From: Candidatus Anderseniibacteriota bacterium
GTDB lineage: Bacteria; Patescibacteriota; Andersenbacteria; UBA10190
Length of the DNA: 64,000 bases
Reading direction: 5' to 3'
NCBI GenBank assembly: GCA_040900375.1
Contig: JBBDZC010000008.1
Span: 66,182-130,181 of the forward strand
The translations under genes were made by a program, and so were the position numbers. Under the pieces are notes generated by a model. That model ran no database searches. It was not told the origin of the DNA and saw nothing but the letters and a program-made list of their open reading frames with translations. Positions 1 to 9,185 of this stretch are shown one piece after another; position 1 is the first letter of the stretch; every line of letters starts with the position of its first letter.

Positions 1-69
1 CCATTACAGCCAAGAGGCGGCGAACGTGTTCCTCTATTAAAACTAGGGTTTGGGCATCAAAATCTTCAG

Positions 70-822
70 TCATATGGTCGAGGGAGTAGTGGTAAGATGG
101 AGTCTCTTTTTAATAATATACTGCTGACCAATTGCCAAGATAGTGGAAACTAACCAGTATAAAGCTAAAGCGGCGGGTAACTGTAAGCTGATAAACACTG
201 TCATCACCGGAAAAATGTACATCATATTGCGCTGCATTGAAGCCATCATTTGCTCACTGCTTTCATTGAGGCCAGGGGAAGATGGGGGGGTGGGAGTAAA
301 GAAGCGCATTTGAATAAATTGGGCGATACCAGCAAGGATGGCTAACAAGAGACTAGGATTCGAGAGAGGGATTCCCAGAAAGGATGACTGGAGCGTGGCG
401 GGTGATGACACGAAGGGATACAAATGTTGAAATGTCTCTGGCCCTAAGCCAATGAAGAAAACTCGGTACAAGGCAAGTAAAATTGGTAACTGGATCAAAA
501 GAGGGAGGCAACCACTGGCAGGATTGATGCCAGATTTTTTGTACAAAGCCATGGTCGCTTCGGCTTTTTTGGCTTTGTCATTCTTATGCTTTTCTTGAAT
601 AACCTTGAGCTCGCGCTGTAAGTCGGCCATTTTTCCCTGATTTTTTTGGAGTTGCTTAGCATGATGCCAGGCCGAGGGTAATAAAATCAGTCGCGTAATA
701 AATGTAACAATAATAATGGCCACTCCCACGCTATGCGTGGGTAATATATTCGTGACGCCCACTAAGAGATTAAAGAGGGGGCGAAAAAGGACCTCATTAT
801 ATAAAAAGGTAAAAATATTCAT
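70..822 (-). CDS. yidC: Membrane protein insertase YidC/Oxa1 (short form)
   Basis: Motifs NPASGCLPLLIQLPI and LPAALALYW; multiple TM segments; conserved position in the rpmH-rnpA-yidD-yidC cluster. Confidence 0.95.
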   Translation of the reverse strand: MNIFTFLYNEVLFRPLFNLLVGVTNILPTHSVGVAIIIVTFITRLILLPSAWHHAKQLQKNQGKMADLQRELKVIQEKHKNDKAKKAEATMALYKKSGINPASGCLPLLIQLPILLALYRVFFIGLGPETFQHLYPFVSSPATLQSSFLGIPLSNPSLLLAILAGIAQFIQMRFFTPTPPSSPGLNESSEQMMASMQRNMMYIFPVMTVFISLQLPAALALYWLVSTILAIGQQYIIKKRLHLTTTPSTI

Positions 823-863
823 AAGGCTATATCAGTGATACTCCTGTCAGACATTCTGTCAGC

Positions 864-1187
864 TTATCTCTTAGCCGGATGTCGGCCAGTATTAAGAGAG
901 GTAGCCACGCCGGCGGGCGGGTAGTCAATGCCCCCCGTGGTAAAAGGATGGCAACGCCCTAAGCGTTGTAATCCTAGCCAGAGGCCGGCCCATCCATGGA
1001 GTTTTACTGCGCGGCTCATATATTGTGAACACGTGGGGGTAAAACGACAGACACCGCCGGGAAATAAGCCGCGCAGTAAACCATGATCCGGTGAAAGAGT
1101 GGCTCGGTAAAGAGCCAGCACCCACAAAAGAGCAGTTAAACTGATCGTGGACAGAAAAAAATAGATGGGTCTTTTATTGCGACTCAT
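864..1187 (-). CDS. yidD: Membrane protein insertion efficiency factor YidD
   Basis: CRFTPTCSQY...RCHPF..GGID motif; lies between rnpA and yidC. Confidence 0.93.
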   Translation of the reverse strand: MSRNKRPIYFFLSTISLTALLWVLALYRATLSPDHGLLRGLFPGGVCRFTPTCSQYMSRAVKLHGWAGLWLGLQRLGRCHPFTTGGIDYPPAGVATSLNTGRHPAKR

Positions 1188-1527
1188 GACGTAATTGTTT
1201 AAGTTGGGGCCAAATCTTCGCTCGTATTGCTTCCAGGGTGGTTGCGTTTTTTATAGCCGGCAACGCAATCCAAACCATATCATACGCCTGATCTTTAAAA
1301 ATATCTCCCAGTGCCTCACCCGCTAACACTCGCAGCCATCGTTGGTAGTGATGACGAACTACTGCCGACTGATCAACCTTACGACCAACAATACAGGCAA
1401 TTCGGGAATAGGCAGCAGAAGAGCTTTTGGCATGGATACGCACCCAAGAGGTCGAAAGAACTCGTCCCTGTCGAATCGTTGCCAGAATATCTTTCTCGCT
1501 CCGCAACCGTCTCGCCGCAGGTAGCAT
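1174..1527 (-). CDS. rnpA: Ribonuclease P protein component
   Basis: MLPAARRL start, KV.SAVVR..(RNR-like) motif; synteny after rpmH. Confidence 0.9.
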   Translation of the reverse strand: MLPAARRLRSEKDILATIRQGRVLSTSWVRIHAKSSSAAYSRIACIVGRKVDQSAVVRHHYQRWLRVLAGEALGDIFKDQAYDMVWIALPAIKNATTLEAIRAKIWPQLKQLRHESQ

Positions 1528-1547
1528 AGAGACACTTAAAAGAGCAT

Positions 1548-1685
1548 TTAGGCTACCGGTGCTAGTCGTTTTCGTCCTTTTTGACGGCGACGGGCGACTA
1601 CTTTCTTTTTGCGTTTGCGGGAGAGAAAACCATGGCGACGAGCACGTCTCCGCTTGCTCGGTTGGTAGGTTCTTTTAGTAGACAT
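1548..1685 (-). CDS. rpmH: 50S ribosomal protein L34 (absent from the ORF track)
   Basis: Manual translation MSTKRTYQPSKRRRARRHGFLSRKRKKKVVARRRQKGRKRLAPVA* (45 aa), KRTYQPS..R.R.HGF signature; divergent from dnaA. Confidence 0.95.
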   Translation of the reverse strand: MSTKRTYQPSKRRRARRHGFLSRKRKKKVVARRRQKGRKRLAPVA

Positions 1686-1695
1686 ACACTTAAGC

Positions 1696-1840
1696 TCTGG
1701 ATAATGCTAAACAGTGGCCTCATAATACTTATTATTTTATTTTTGGTCAATTTATACACACTTTCTTATCATTATCCCCAACTTTTCCCCAAAAAAATGT
1801 TGATATTCCTGTATACACCTGTGGATAACTATGTTACGCT
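1696..1840. promoter_or_regulatory. DnaA-box cluster upstream of dnaA (oriC left part, dnaA autoregulation)
   Basis: TTATACACA 1752-1760, TTATCCCCA 1772-1780, perfect TGTGGATAA 1820-1828, TCTGGATAA 1696-1704; TGTTACGCT extended -10 candidate ending at 1840. Confidence 0.8.
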
Positions 1841-1873
1841 GGGGGGTGCTTTATAAAGACAGTAGGATTTTTC

Positions 1874-3277
1874 ATGAATCAAGACCAATTATGGAAGGCA
1901 GCGCTTGGTCAACTTGAGCTACGGGTAAGCCAGGGTAATTTCTTAACGTGGTTTCGTGAGACAAAAATTAAAGAAATTAAATCAGGTACAGCACTGATTG
2001 AAACACCATCAGCCTTTGCTCATGAGTGGTTATCGCGCAAGTATCAACAACCGATTCTGGAAATTCTTCATGATTTAGATGGTGGCGTGCAGCACGTACA
2101 GTTTTGTATCCAGTCGCCTATTAAAATGCATAAGCCACTCAAAAAGAATTCTCGGATCCTCGTGCAGAAAAATCGTCCGGCTACTTTGCCCGATAGAATC
2201 CCAACACCCGTGTCCATGCCCGCCCCACCTACACCGACTCCTAACAGTAAATTTGCCAAGACGCTTAACCCCAAGTATACCTTCGAAACATTCGTGATTG
2301 GTCCTAATAACGAAGTGGCTCATGCTGCCTGTCGGGCCGCTGCCTCTAAGCCGGGCGAAGCCTATAATCCACTCTTTATCTACGGCGGGGTTGGTTTAGG
2401 TAAAACCCACCTTCTCCAAGCAGTAGGCAACGCCATTCTCAAAGAGAAGCCGGGAGCAAGGGTCCTTTATGTTTCTTCAGAAAAATTCATTAATGAGTTT
2501 GTTCAGTCTATCCGGGAACGCAATACACAGAAATTCAAGGAGTATTATCGGGATGTTGATGTTTTAATTATTGACGATGTGCAATTCCTCGCTGGTAAAG
2601 GCAAGACTCAAGAAGAGCTTTTTCATACTTTCAATAGTCTTCATAGCCAAAACCGGCAAATTATTTTAAGTAGCGATCGTTCTCCTAAAGCTATTGCTAC
2701 TTTAGAAGAACGGCTGCGCTCGCGACTAGCAGGGGGAATGCAAGTTGATATCCAACAACCGGATTACGAAACCCGGCTCGCAATTTTAGCAGAAAAAGCC
2801 GAGACTTCTCACGTAAAAATTGACCCCGAATCTCTCGCTTTTATTGCCAAAAATATTCAGAAGAATGTGCGGGAATTGGAAGGGGCTCTTAATCGAGTTA
2901 TTGCTCACTGTGAGCTTAATAATCGCCGGGCAACTTTGGAATATACTGAAAAGGTCTTAGAAGGAATCCTTGATCAACCACAACAACGTACTGTGGACTC
3001 TAAGAAAATCCTTGATGTGGTGAGTGTTTACTATAATTTATCCCTTGATGATTTGTGTGGAAAATGCCGCAAGCAGGAGATTGTTCGTCCTCGTCAAGTA
3101 GCAATGTATCTTCTCCGTAAAGAAAATAATGTTTCTTTTCCCTCGATTGGTGATCAATTTGGTGGGCGAGATCACACAACTGCCATGCATGCTTGTGAAA
3201 AAATACAGAAGCTTCTGGAGCATGACGAGGAGTTACTTCAGGATATTAATTTTATTCGTGAACGACTGTACGCTTAA
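1874..3277 (+). CDS. dnaA: Chromosomal replication initiator DnaA
   Basis: YNPLFIYGGVGLGKTHL Walker A, DDVQF Walker B, GGRDHTT domain IV. Confidence 0.99.
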   Translation: MNQDQLWKAALGQLELRVSQGNFLTWFRETKIKEIKSGTALIETPSAFAHEWLSRKYQQPILEILHDLDGGVQHVQFCIQSPIKMHKPLKKNSRILVQKNRPATLPDRIPTPVSMPAPPTPTPNSKFAKTLNPKYTFETFVIGPNNEVAHAACRAAASKPGEAYNPLFIYGGVGLGKTHLLQAVGNAILKEKPGARVLYVSSEKFINEFVQSIRERNTQKFKEYYRDVDVLIIDDVQFLAGKGKTQEELFHTFNSLHSQNRQIILSSDRSPKAIATLEERLRSRLAGGMQVDIQQPDYETRLAILAEKAETSHVKIDPESLAFIAKNIQKNVRELEGALNRVIAHCELNNRRATLEYTEKVLEGILDQPQQRTVDSKKILDVVSVYYNLSLDDLCGKCRKQEIVRPRQVAMYLLRKENNVSFPSIGDQFGGRDHTTAMHACEKIQKLLEHDEELLQDINFIRERLYA

Positions 3278-3560
3278 AATTTAGGTAGTATTCCAGGGGA
3301 TAAAAGTGAGGAAAACGCTGTTAATAAAAGAGGGTTATTTCATATGTTATCCCTACTTACTAGAGGTGGGGTAAGTACTTGGGGATATAGTGGCTATTCA
3401 TCCACTCTTTATCCTAAGAATATCTCCAGACTTACACACAGTTTATCCTCAATATAAGACTAGTAACAAAGCTAATAAATAAGTCTTCCCCCAGATTTAC
3501 TCTTACCTACTACTATCTACTACTACCTTTATTAATTAGATATGTTTAAAGAAGAATTGT
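3278..3560. other. Replication origin oriC (dnaA-dnaN intergenic) with DnaA-trio unwinding element
   Basis: AT-rich 283-bp spacer with degenerate DnaA boxes (e.g. TTATCCTCA, TCATCCACT) and CTACTACTATCTACTACTAC at ~3507-3526 (tandem TAG trios on the lower strand) followed by an AT-rich tract. Confidence 0.8.
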
Positions 3561-4664
3561 ATGAAATTTATTTGCACGAAAGAAAATTTAGTAGAGGGAT
3601 TAAGTAAGGTAGTTCCTTTGGCGGGGCGAAACACTCAACTTCCTATATTACAAAATATTTTACTGCAGTTACGAGATGGAGTTTTACACCTCACTAGTAC
3701 TGATCTTGAGATTGGGATTCATACTGTTGTCCCAGGAAAAATTGAGGATGAGGGATCATGTACGGTCGTAGCTCGAAAATTTATGGAGTATATTCAACAA
3801 TTACCACCACTAAACCCTCTTAAAATTGAACTTAAAGAGAGGCTTATGAATGTTAGCACTACTGGATTTAACGCCCAATTCCCTACAACTGCCGATGATG
3901 ATTTTCCTCTCCTACCTCGTGCCACCTCGTCTCGGGAAATTACTCTTAAAGCTAATAAGTTTTGTCAGGGATTAAATCGGACTATTTTTGCGGCAGCTCG
4001 AGATGATACCCGTCCAGAAATTCACAGTGTCTATACTACAGGCGAAGGTGAGCGTATTTATATTGCGGCGACTGATAGTTTTAGACTAGCGGAAGAGGTG
4101 ATGGGACTAGAGGAGGAAATAGAGTCTTTCTCTTTTTTACTTCCTTTAACTACTGCCCAGGAGGTGGTCCGTCTCTTTACCAACCAAGAGATCATCACTC
4201 TCTTACCACATGATAACTATATTGCTTTTCATGGTGACGGTATTGAACTTTCTTCACGGTTAATTGATGGTAAATATCCTGATTATCGCCAGATTATCCC
4301 TACTAATTTTACTACTACCGGGACGCTTAACCGCCAGGATTTAGTACGAGCCTTGAAGACTTTAGCGGTGTTCTTGCCCCGTGATTCCCGTCGTGTGCAG
4401 ATGGTGGTTCAACCCCAAGCCGGAAAAATAAAATTAGCGGTAGGGGGAAGTGAGTCAGGGGCAGGTACAGTTGATTTAGATTTTACTGGAGAAGGGGAGA
4501 CGTTAGAGATACTCTTTAATATTCAATACCTTTTGGATGGGGTCCAGTATATTCCTGGTGAGGAGTGTGTGGTTAAATTCGTGAGCGCGGTCGATCCGGC
4601 AATGTTTAGTCCTGTGCCTAATTCGACGGTCTATACCTACGTTGTGATGCCTATTCAAGTTTAG
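3561..4664 (+). CDS. dnaN: DNA polymerase III beta sliding clamp
   Basis: STDLEIG, ATDSFRL, SRLIDGKYPDY, terminal VVMPI motifs; follows dnaA. Confidence 0.98.
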   Translation: MKFICTKENLVEGLSKVVPLAGRNTQLPILQNILLQLRDGVLHLTSTDLEIGIHTVVPGKIEDEGSCTVVARKFMEYIQQLPPLNPLKIELKERLMNVSTTGFNAQFPTTADDDFPLLPRATSSREITLKANKFCQGLNRTIFAAARDDTRPEIHSVYTTGEGERIYIAATDSFRLAEEVMGLEEEIESFSFLLPLTTAQEVVRLFTNQEIITLLPHDNYIAFHGDGIELSSRLIDGKYPDYRQIIPTNFTTTGTLNRQDLVRALKTLAVFLPRDSRRVQMVVQPQAGKIKLAVGGSESGAGTVDLDFTGEGETLEILFNIQYLLDGVQYIPGEECVVKFVSAVDPAMFSPVPNSTVYTYVVMPIQV

Positions 4665-4667
4665 CCT

Positions 4668-5831
4668 ATGTATATTAAAAACCTTGCCCTCACTAATTTT
4701 CGCAATTTTACCGATGTTGAAGAAATTACTTTTCCCGAGAATTCATTTTTAGTAGCGGCGGCGCCGAATGCTACAGGGAAGACAAATTTTCTGGAGGCGA
4801 TGACAATGTTATTGCGCGGGAAGTCATTTCGGGCCAGCGCCGAGGAGTGTGTCCGATGGGGAGAAGAGAGCTTCTTAGTTCGCGGCCAAGTGGTATCTCA
4901 AGCAGGCGAGGCATCAATTGCGGTCCGCTACTACCTACCTAGTAAAAAGATACGCATTGAAGAAAATAGCGTCCCCGCTTCACCAGTGACGTTTTTCGCG
5001 CACTACCCTTTTGTTCTTTTCTTGCCGGAAGATACTTTTTTGTTTAGCCGCGGCCCAGCGCTCCGTCGTAATTTTCTTAACCACATTTTATTAAGTGCTC
5101 CCACCTATCTGGCGGCACTCGTGCAATACCATCGTGCTTTGAAACAGCGCAATGCTCTCCTTAAAACAGCTCGATCATTTGCTGATGTTGAAGCGTGGAC
5201 ACAACTTCTCATTGAACATAGTGTGATGATCTGGAAACAGCGAGAGGGTTTTGTCAACTACCTTAATACGCATTTAAGCGAGGTATATACTTTATTTGCG
5301 GGGGAAGAATGTGAGCTTCAAGCACGTTTAGTTATGAGCAGCTCGAGTGAGCAGTACCCGGTTAATCTTCAGCAATCCTTTACTCAAGAACAGCGCTATG
5401 GCTACACAATTCATGGCCCACACCGCGATGATCTCGAGGTCACCAGTAAAGATCGTCCCCTCCGGGCAGCGTTGTCCCAAGGACAACTACGAAGCGCGGT
5501 GTTGGCGCTCAAGATTACAGCCTGGCGTTTTTTAAGTACGACGCTGCAAGAACAACCCCTACTCCTTCTGGATGAAGCTTTAAGTGAGTTAGACCATGAG
5601 CGCCAGGGCAGGCTACTTAAAAATTTACCTCCCGCCCAAACTCTCCTTACCTGCACGACTATTCCGCCGATTTTAGAGCAACGTGACAATGTTCATCTGC
5701 TTGATTTACGGTCAATTGCTGCACCGGAAGAAGATTTATCATGGCGGGATAGCCCAGAGCAGGCCGAGGGGCCGGGCGAATTATCTGTGGAAGATGAGGT
5801 AGCTGAAACAGTGTCAACGCCCGTATACTAA
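4668..5831 (+). CDS. recF: DNA replication and repair protein RecF
   Basis: NFRNF, PNATGKTN Walker A, GPHRDD, SQGQ, LLLLDEALSELD. Confidence 0.95.
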   Translation: MYIKNLALTNFRNFTDVEEITFPENSFLVAAAPNATGKTNFLEAMTMLLRGKSFRASAEECVRWGEESFLVRGQVVSQAGEASIAVRYYLPSKKIRIEENSVPASPVTFFAHYPFVLFLPEDTFLFSRGPALRRNFLNHILLSAPTYLAALVQYHRALKQRNALLKTARSFADVEAWTQLLIEHSVMIWKQREGFVNYLNTHLSEVYTLFAGEECELQARLVMSSSSEQYPVNLQQSFTQEQRYGYTIHGPHRDDLEVTSKDRPLRAALSQGQLRSAVLALKITAWRFLSTTLQEQPLLLLDEALSELDHERQGRLLKNLPPAQTLLTCTTIPPILEQRDNVHLLDLRSIAAPEEDLSWRDSPEQAEGPGELSVEDEVAETVSTPVY

Positions 5832-5837
5832 ATAAGT

Positions 5838-6107
5838 ATGTTTCATCCTCTTCGGGCACTCTTTCGGCATACTAAGGTTGGCTGGGAAGAGACCGACATT
5901 AAATACTACATCGAGCGGTATTTTCAGAATCGGTTTAAGGCTGGTGTGCTCTACTGCGAAAAAGTTCACGAAGGGGTGGCGGTTATTCGGGTTAATTCTC
6001 CTCTTATCCAACAAGAAGTAGTGCTGTTAGAGTTTGAACTGGCTCGTGAATTACGGAAGCAGACTAACTATATTTTGCGACAATTAATTGTCTATACCTC
6101 ACGATAA
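5838..6107 (+). CDS. Small protein, probable DUF721/DciA-like helicase-loading factor
   Basis: 89 aa directly after recF (the usual DUF721 position); VAVIRVNSPLIQQEV..LEFEL..EL resembles the KH-like DciA core. Confidence 0.5.
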   Translation: MFHPLRALFRHTKVGWEETDIKYYIERYFQNRFKAGVLYCEKVHEGVAVIRVNSPLIQQEVVLLEFELARELRKQTNYILRQLIVYTSR

Positions 6108-6131
6108 ATCTTTCCGCGGTCTTAAGGCGGT

Positions 6132-8948
6132 CTATTCAATCGTAATGGTGTGGGCTTCTGTTTGGGTATTATTACCGGTTTTGTCGTAGGCAATGACGAA
6201 GATATAGTATGTACCCGGACCAGGGGAATCAGGCCAAATTACTTCATAGCGATTAGCGGCTGTGGCCGCGGTAGTGCTGGTACGACCAATACGATTAGTA
6301 GTTGTCTGTCCATCTTTCTGATAAAGAACATCTACGAGTTCAATACCGGAATCATCGGTGGCGGTTACCTTAATGGTCTGTGGAAAGTCAGGGGGACTTA
6401 ATTTTTCATTATTGCGGGGAGTGTGAAGCGTGACTCGCGGAGCACTGTCATCAGGATTAATGATGAAGGTTCGGTGGCCGCGGCCAATCAAGTTATTATC
6501 AGTGATAGCTTGAATGAGGAGAGTTTTGCGGCCCGTAAAGTTGCCCGGGAAGGAGAAAGCTGTCTCAAAGGGCTCATCACCGCGGCGGCGAGCAATCTCC
6601 TCACCCTCGAGGAGAAAACGGACTTCGCGGATGGGAAACTTTGAATCAACCTCCACTTTAACAACAACTGGACTACTTTTTAAAATCGAGGTATTGGGTT
6701 CAGTAATGCGCACAATTGGCAAATCAGCGCTACTGGTGATACCACAGGTGGGAGTGGGCAGTGAGCTCGTGTACCGCACCTCGGCCTTTTTCTGATTATG
6801 CTTGTCGCGCCAGGCAGCGACCGCTCCTTCCCAGCGACTAAATTGGGGATCGCTCTCGGCCCGGGCCGGTGGTGGACCTAGGGGCCTACCTTTATTGATA
6901 TAAAACAAAATGCTATGGAGTTCTTTAAAGGTCACCGGTTGGCCAACAGCGACGGGACAGTCAGCGGTGTAAAGGGTCTGGGTCTCTTCTTCCCATTTAC
7001 CTTTCACTTCGGGTAATTCTCCTCGTAAAATGCCGTGAGGAATATCGCGGGAGGGTTCAGGTCGAACAAACTGTTCAATAGCTTTACCAGTGAGAGCGCG
7101 GCGCATAAAAGCGTTCCATAAGGGGGCAGCCGTTAAGCCACTATCAGAGCGGTTGTTCATCGGAGAATTGTCATTGTTACCTACCCATACACCAGCCACG
7201 AGTGAAGGTGTGTAGCCTACGGTCCAACCGTCGCGGAATTCTTGGGTTGTACCTGTTTTAGCGGCCACGGGACGACTACCTAACTGCAAAGGGGTGTTGG
7301 TACCAAAGACAAGGGCGCGGGCGCCATTATCAGAGATGACATTTGTCACTAAACGGGCAATTTGCGCTTCGAGCACTTGCTCGCCGCGTGAGTCTTCATC
7401 TTTAACCTCAAAAATAACGTCAGCTTTATTTTCCACTTTAAGAATAGCGCGGTGGGGATGGCGAATGCCATCGTTAGCAAAGACACCGTAAGCCGAGACC
7501 TCATCCACTAAGCGCACTTCACCGCCGCCGAGCACTAAAGAAAGTCCGTAGCGGTCAGGATCAGACAGTGAGGTCATGCCCAAGCGCTGGGCGAGAGCGG
7601 TTGCTTGCCGGACGCCGACGAGGTAGAGCGTTTGGACGGCGGGAATATTGAGTGAGTTAGCTAATGCTTGCCGCATAGTTACGGGGCCATTCTCGCTTAA
7701 GTTGTAGTTGCGTGGTTTATAACCTTGGCCAAAATCTGTTTCTACATCAACGAGGATGGTCTCGGGGGTAAAACCCGCCTGCCAGGCAGCGGCGTACACC
7801 ACCGGCTTAATCGAAGAGCCCGGGGAACGATGGCGAATTGAGACGTTGACATTACCGTCAATTTCTTCGTTGAAGTAGTCAATCGAACCAGTCATCGCGA
7901 GAATGTTGCCGTTCTTAGGATCGATGGCGACTAAGGCGGCATTGGAAGCTCCGAGCTGGCGCAGTTGTTCTTGTCGCTCTTTAAGCACTTCCTCGGCAAT
8001 CTTTTGGAGCTCGATGTTGAGTGACGTAATCACCTTAAGGCCCCCTTGTTCCACGACGCGCTCGCCATACTCGGCGTCGAGCTGCTCTTTAACATAAAAG
8101 ACAAAATGGGGGGCTTGGATAGATTCTTGGCGAGGCACAAAGACGAGTTCTTCTTTCTTGGCCGCGTCTGCTTCTGCGCGGCTGATCATATTGAGGCCAG
8201 CCATGCGATCTAAAATCAGCTCTTGGCGTTGCTTAAGATCTTCCATGTGCGAGCCATACGGTGAGTAGTAAGTGGGTGCCTGGGGTAAGGCGGCCAGGGT
8301 TGTCGCCTGGGCCAGGCTGACCTCGCTTGCTGGTTTATCAAAAAATGCCTGCGCAGCTGCTTCAATCCCGTACGCTTGGCTGCCGTAAGGGATGTCATTG
8401 AGGTACATCTCAAAAATTTCATCTTTACTAAAGCGCTGTTCTAGCTCGAGGGCGAGCACGGCCTCTTTAACCTTACGGCGGAGCGTGCGTTCGGGGGTGA
8501 GAATAGAGTTTTTAATCAACTGTTGAGTGATAGTCGAGCCGCCTTGGATCCGGCGCCCGGTTAAGGGTTTGAGCACACCGCCGCGCAAAATTCCTTTGAG
8601 ATCAAGTCCGTAGTGTTCATAGAATTGATCATCTTCAGCCGCTAAAGTTGCTTGGCGAATGAAACGGGAAATTTGATCCAACCGCACAGTTGTGCGATGG
8701 ACGTCGCCAATTTCATAGAGAAGATGTTGCCCCGTGGCATCGAAAATTTTTGTCGACTCTGATACACGCCGGGCATCAATATTTTGGGGATTAGGTAGAT
8801 CTTTACTCCACCACAAGACCGTGCCGGCACCCATAAGAAAGAGAACACCGCCGATGGTGAGAAAGAGCGGTAAACCTCGGCGTCCCAAGAGAAGAGGAAG
8901 GGCACGCCAATGGAATTTAGATTGACGGGAAAAGCGCCGCTGGGCCAT
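6132..8948 (-). CDS. Class A penicillin-binding protein (PBP1A family) with two C-terminal Ig-like domains
   Basis: Transglycosylase motifs EDDQFYEH and GGSTITQQL; transpeptidase SSIK, SLN, KTGT; C-terminal V.ATDDSGI..V / AYDKTGN Big-type domains. Confidence 0.95.
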   Translation of the reverse strand: MAQRRFSRQSKFHWRALPLLLGRRGLPLFLTIGGVLFLMGAGTVLWWSKDLPNPQNIDARRVSESTKIFDATGQHLLYEIGDVHRTTVRLDQISRFIRQATLAAEDDQFYEHYGLDLKGILRGGVLKPLTGRRIQGGSTITQQLIKNSILTPERTLRRKVKEAVLALELEQRFSKDEIFEMYLNDIPYGSQAYGIEAAAQAFFDKPASEVSLAQATTLAALPQAPTYYSPYGSHMEDLKQRQELILDRMAGLNMISRAEADAAKKEELVFVPRQESIQAPHFVFYVKEQLDAEYGERVVEQGGLKVITSLNIELQKIAEEVLKERQEQLRQLGASNAALVAIDPKNGNILAMTGSIDYFNEEIDGNVNVSIRHRSPGSSIKPVVYAAAWQAGFTPETILVDVETDFGQGYKPRNYNLSENGPVTMRQALANSLNIPAVQTLYLVGVRQATALAQRLGMTSLSDPDRYGLSLVLGGGEVRLVDEVSAYGVFANDGIRHPHRAILKVENKADVIFEVKDEDSRGEQVLEAQIARLVTNVISDNGARALVFGTNTPLQLGSRPVAAKTGTTQEFRDGWTVGYTPSLVAGVWVGNNDNSPMNNRSDSGLTAAPLWNAFMRRALTGKAIEQFVRPEPSRDIPHGILRGELPEVKGKWEEETQTLYTADCPVAVGQPVTFKELHSILFYINKGRPLGPPPARAESDPQFSRWEGAVAAWRDKHNQKKAEVRYTSSLPTPTCGITSSADLPIVRITEPNTSILKSSPVVVKVEVDSKFPIREVRFLLEGEEIARRRGDEPFETAFSFPGNFTGRKTLLIQAITDNNLIGRGHRTFIINPDDSAPRVTLHTPRNNEKLSPPDFPQTIKVTATDDSGIELVDVLYQKDGQTTTNRIGRTSTTAATAANRYEVIWPDSPGPGTYYIFVIAYDKTGNNTQTEAHTITIE

Positions 8949-9024
8949 AGAGAGAGGCGAACTTAACTTTAGATGATTTTAAAACAGTAAGGAAGCAAAG
9001 AGTGGCTACTTCTCGCTATAGGAG

Positions 9025-9033
9025 TTATCCACA
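9025..9033 (+). promoter_or_regulatory. Single perfect DnaA box upstream of the PBP1A gene
   Basis: TTATCCACA, 77 bp from the PBP start codon in an intergenic region. Confidence 0.45.
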
Positions 9034-9185
9034 GCCGGTCGGCAATAGTAGGTGCCAGGTGAGGCAGGAGTCATGGTAGGTGTACTGTGCCTATTTTGAG
9101 TATGAATGCAAGGGGTCAATAATGATCGCCCCCATCGTGGGGTTTTAGCGGATAATTGTCAAATGGTCTTTAAGACAAGGATGCC

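Noticed and set aside
844-862. CTGTCAG direct repeat between yidD and yidC
   Set aside because: Only 7 bp x2; not distinguishable from chance
1581-1856. 91-aa ORF upstream of dnaA
   Set aside because: Antisense to rpmH and runs through the DnaA-box cluster
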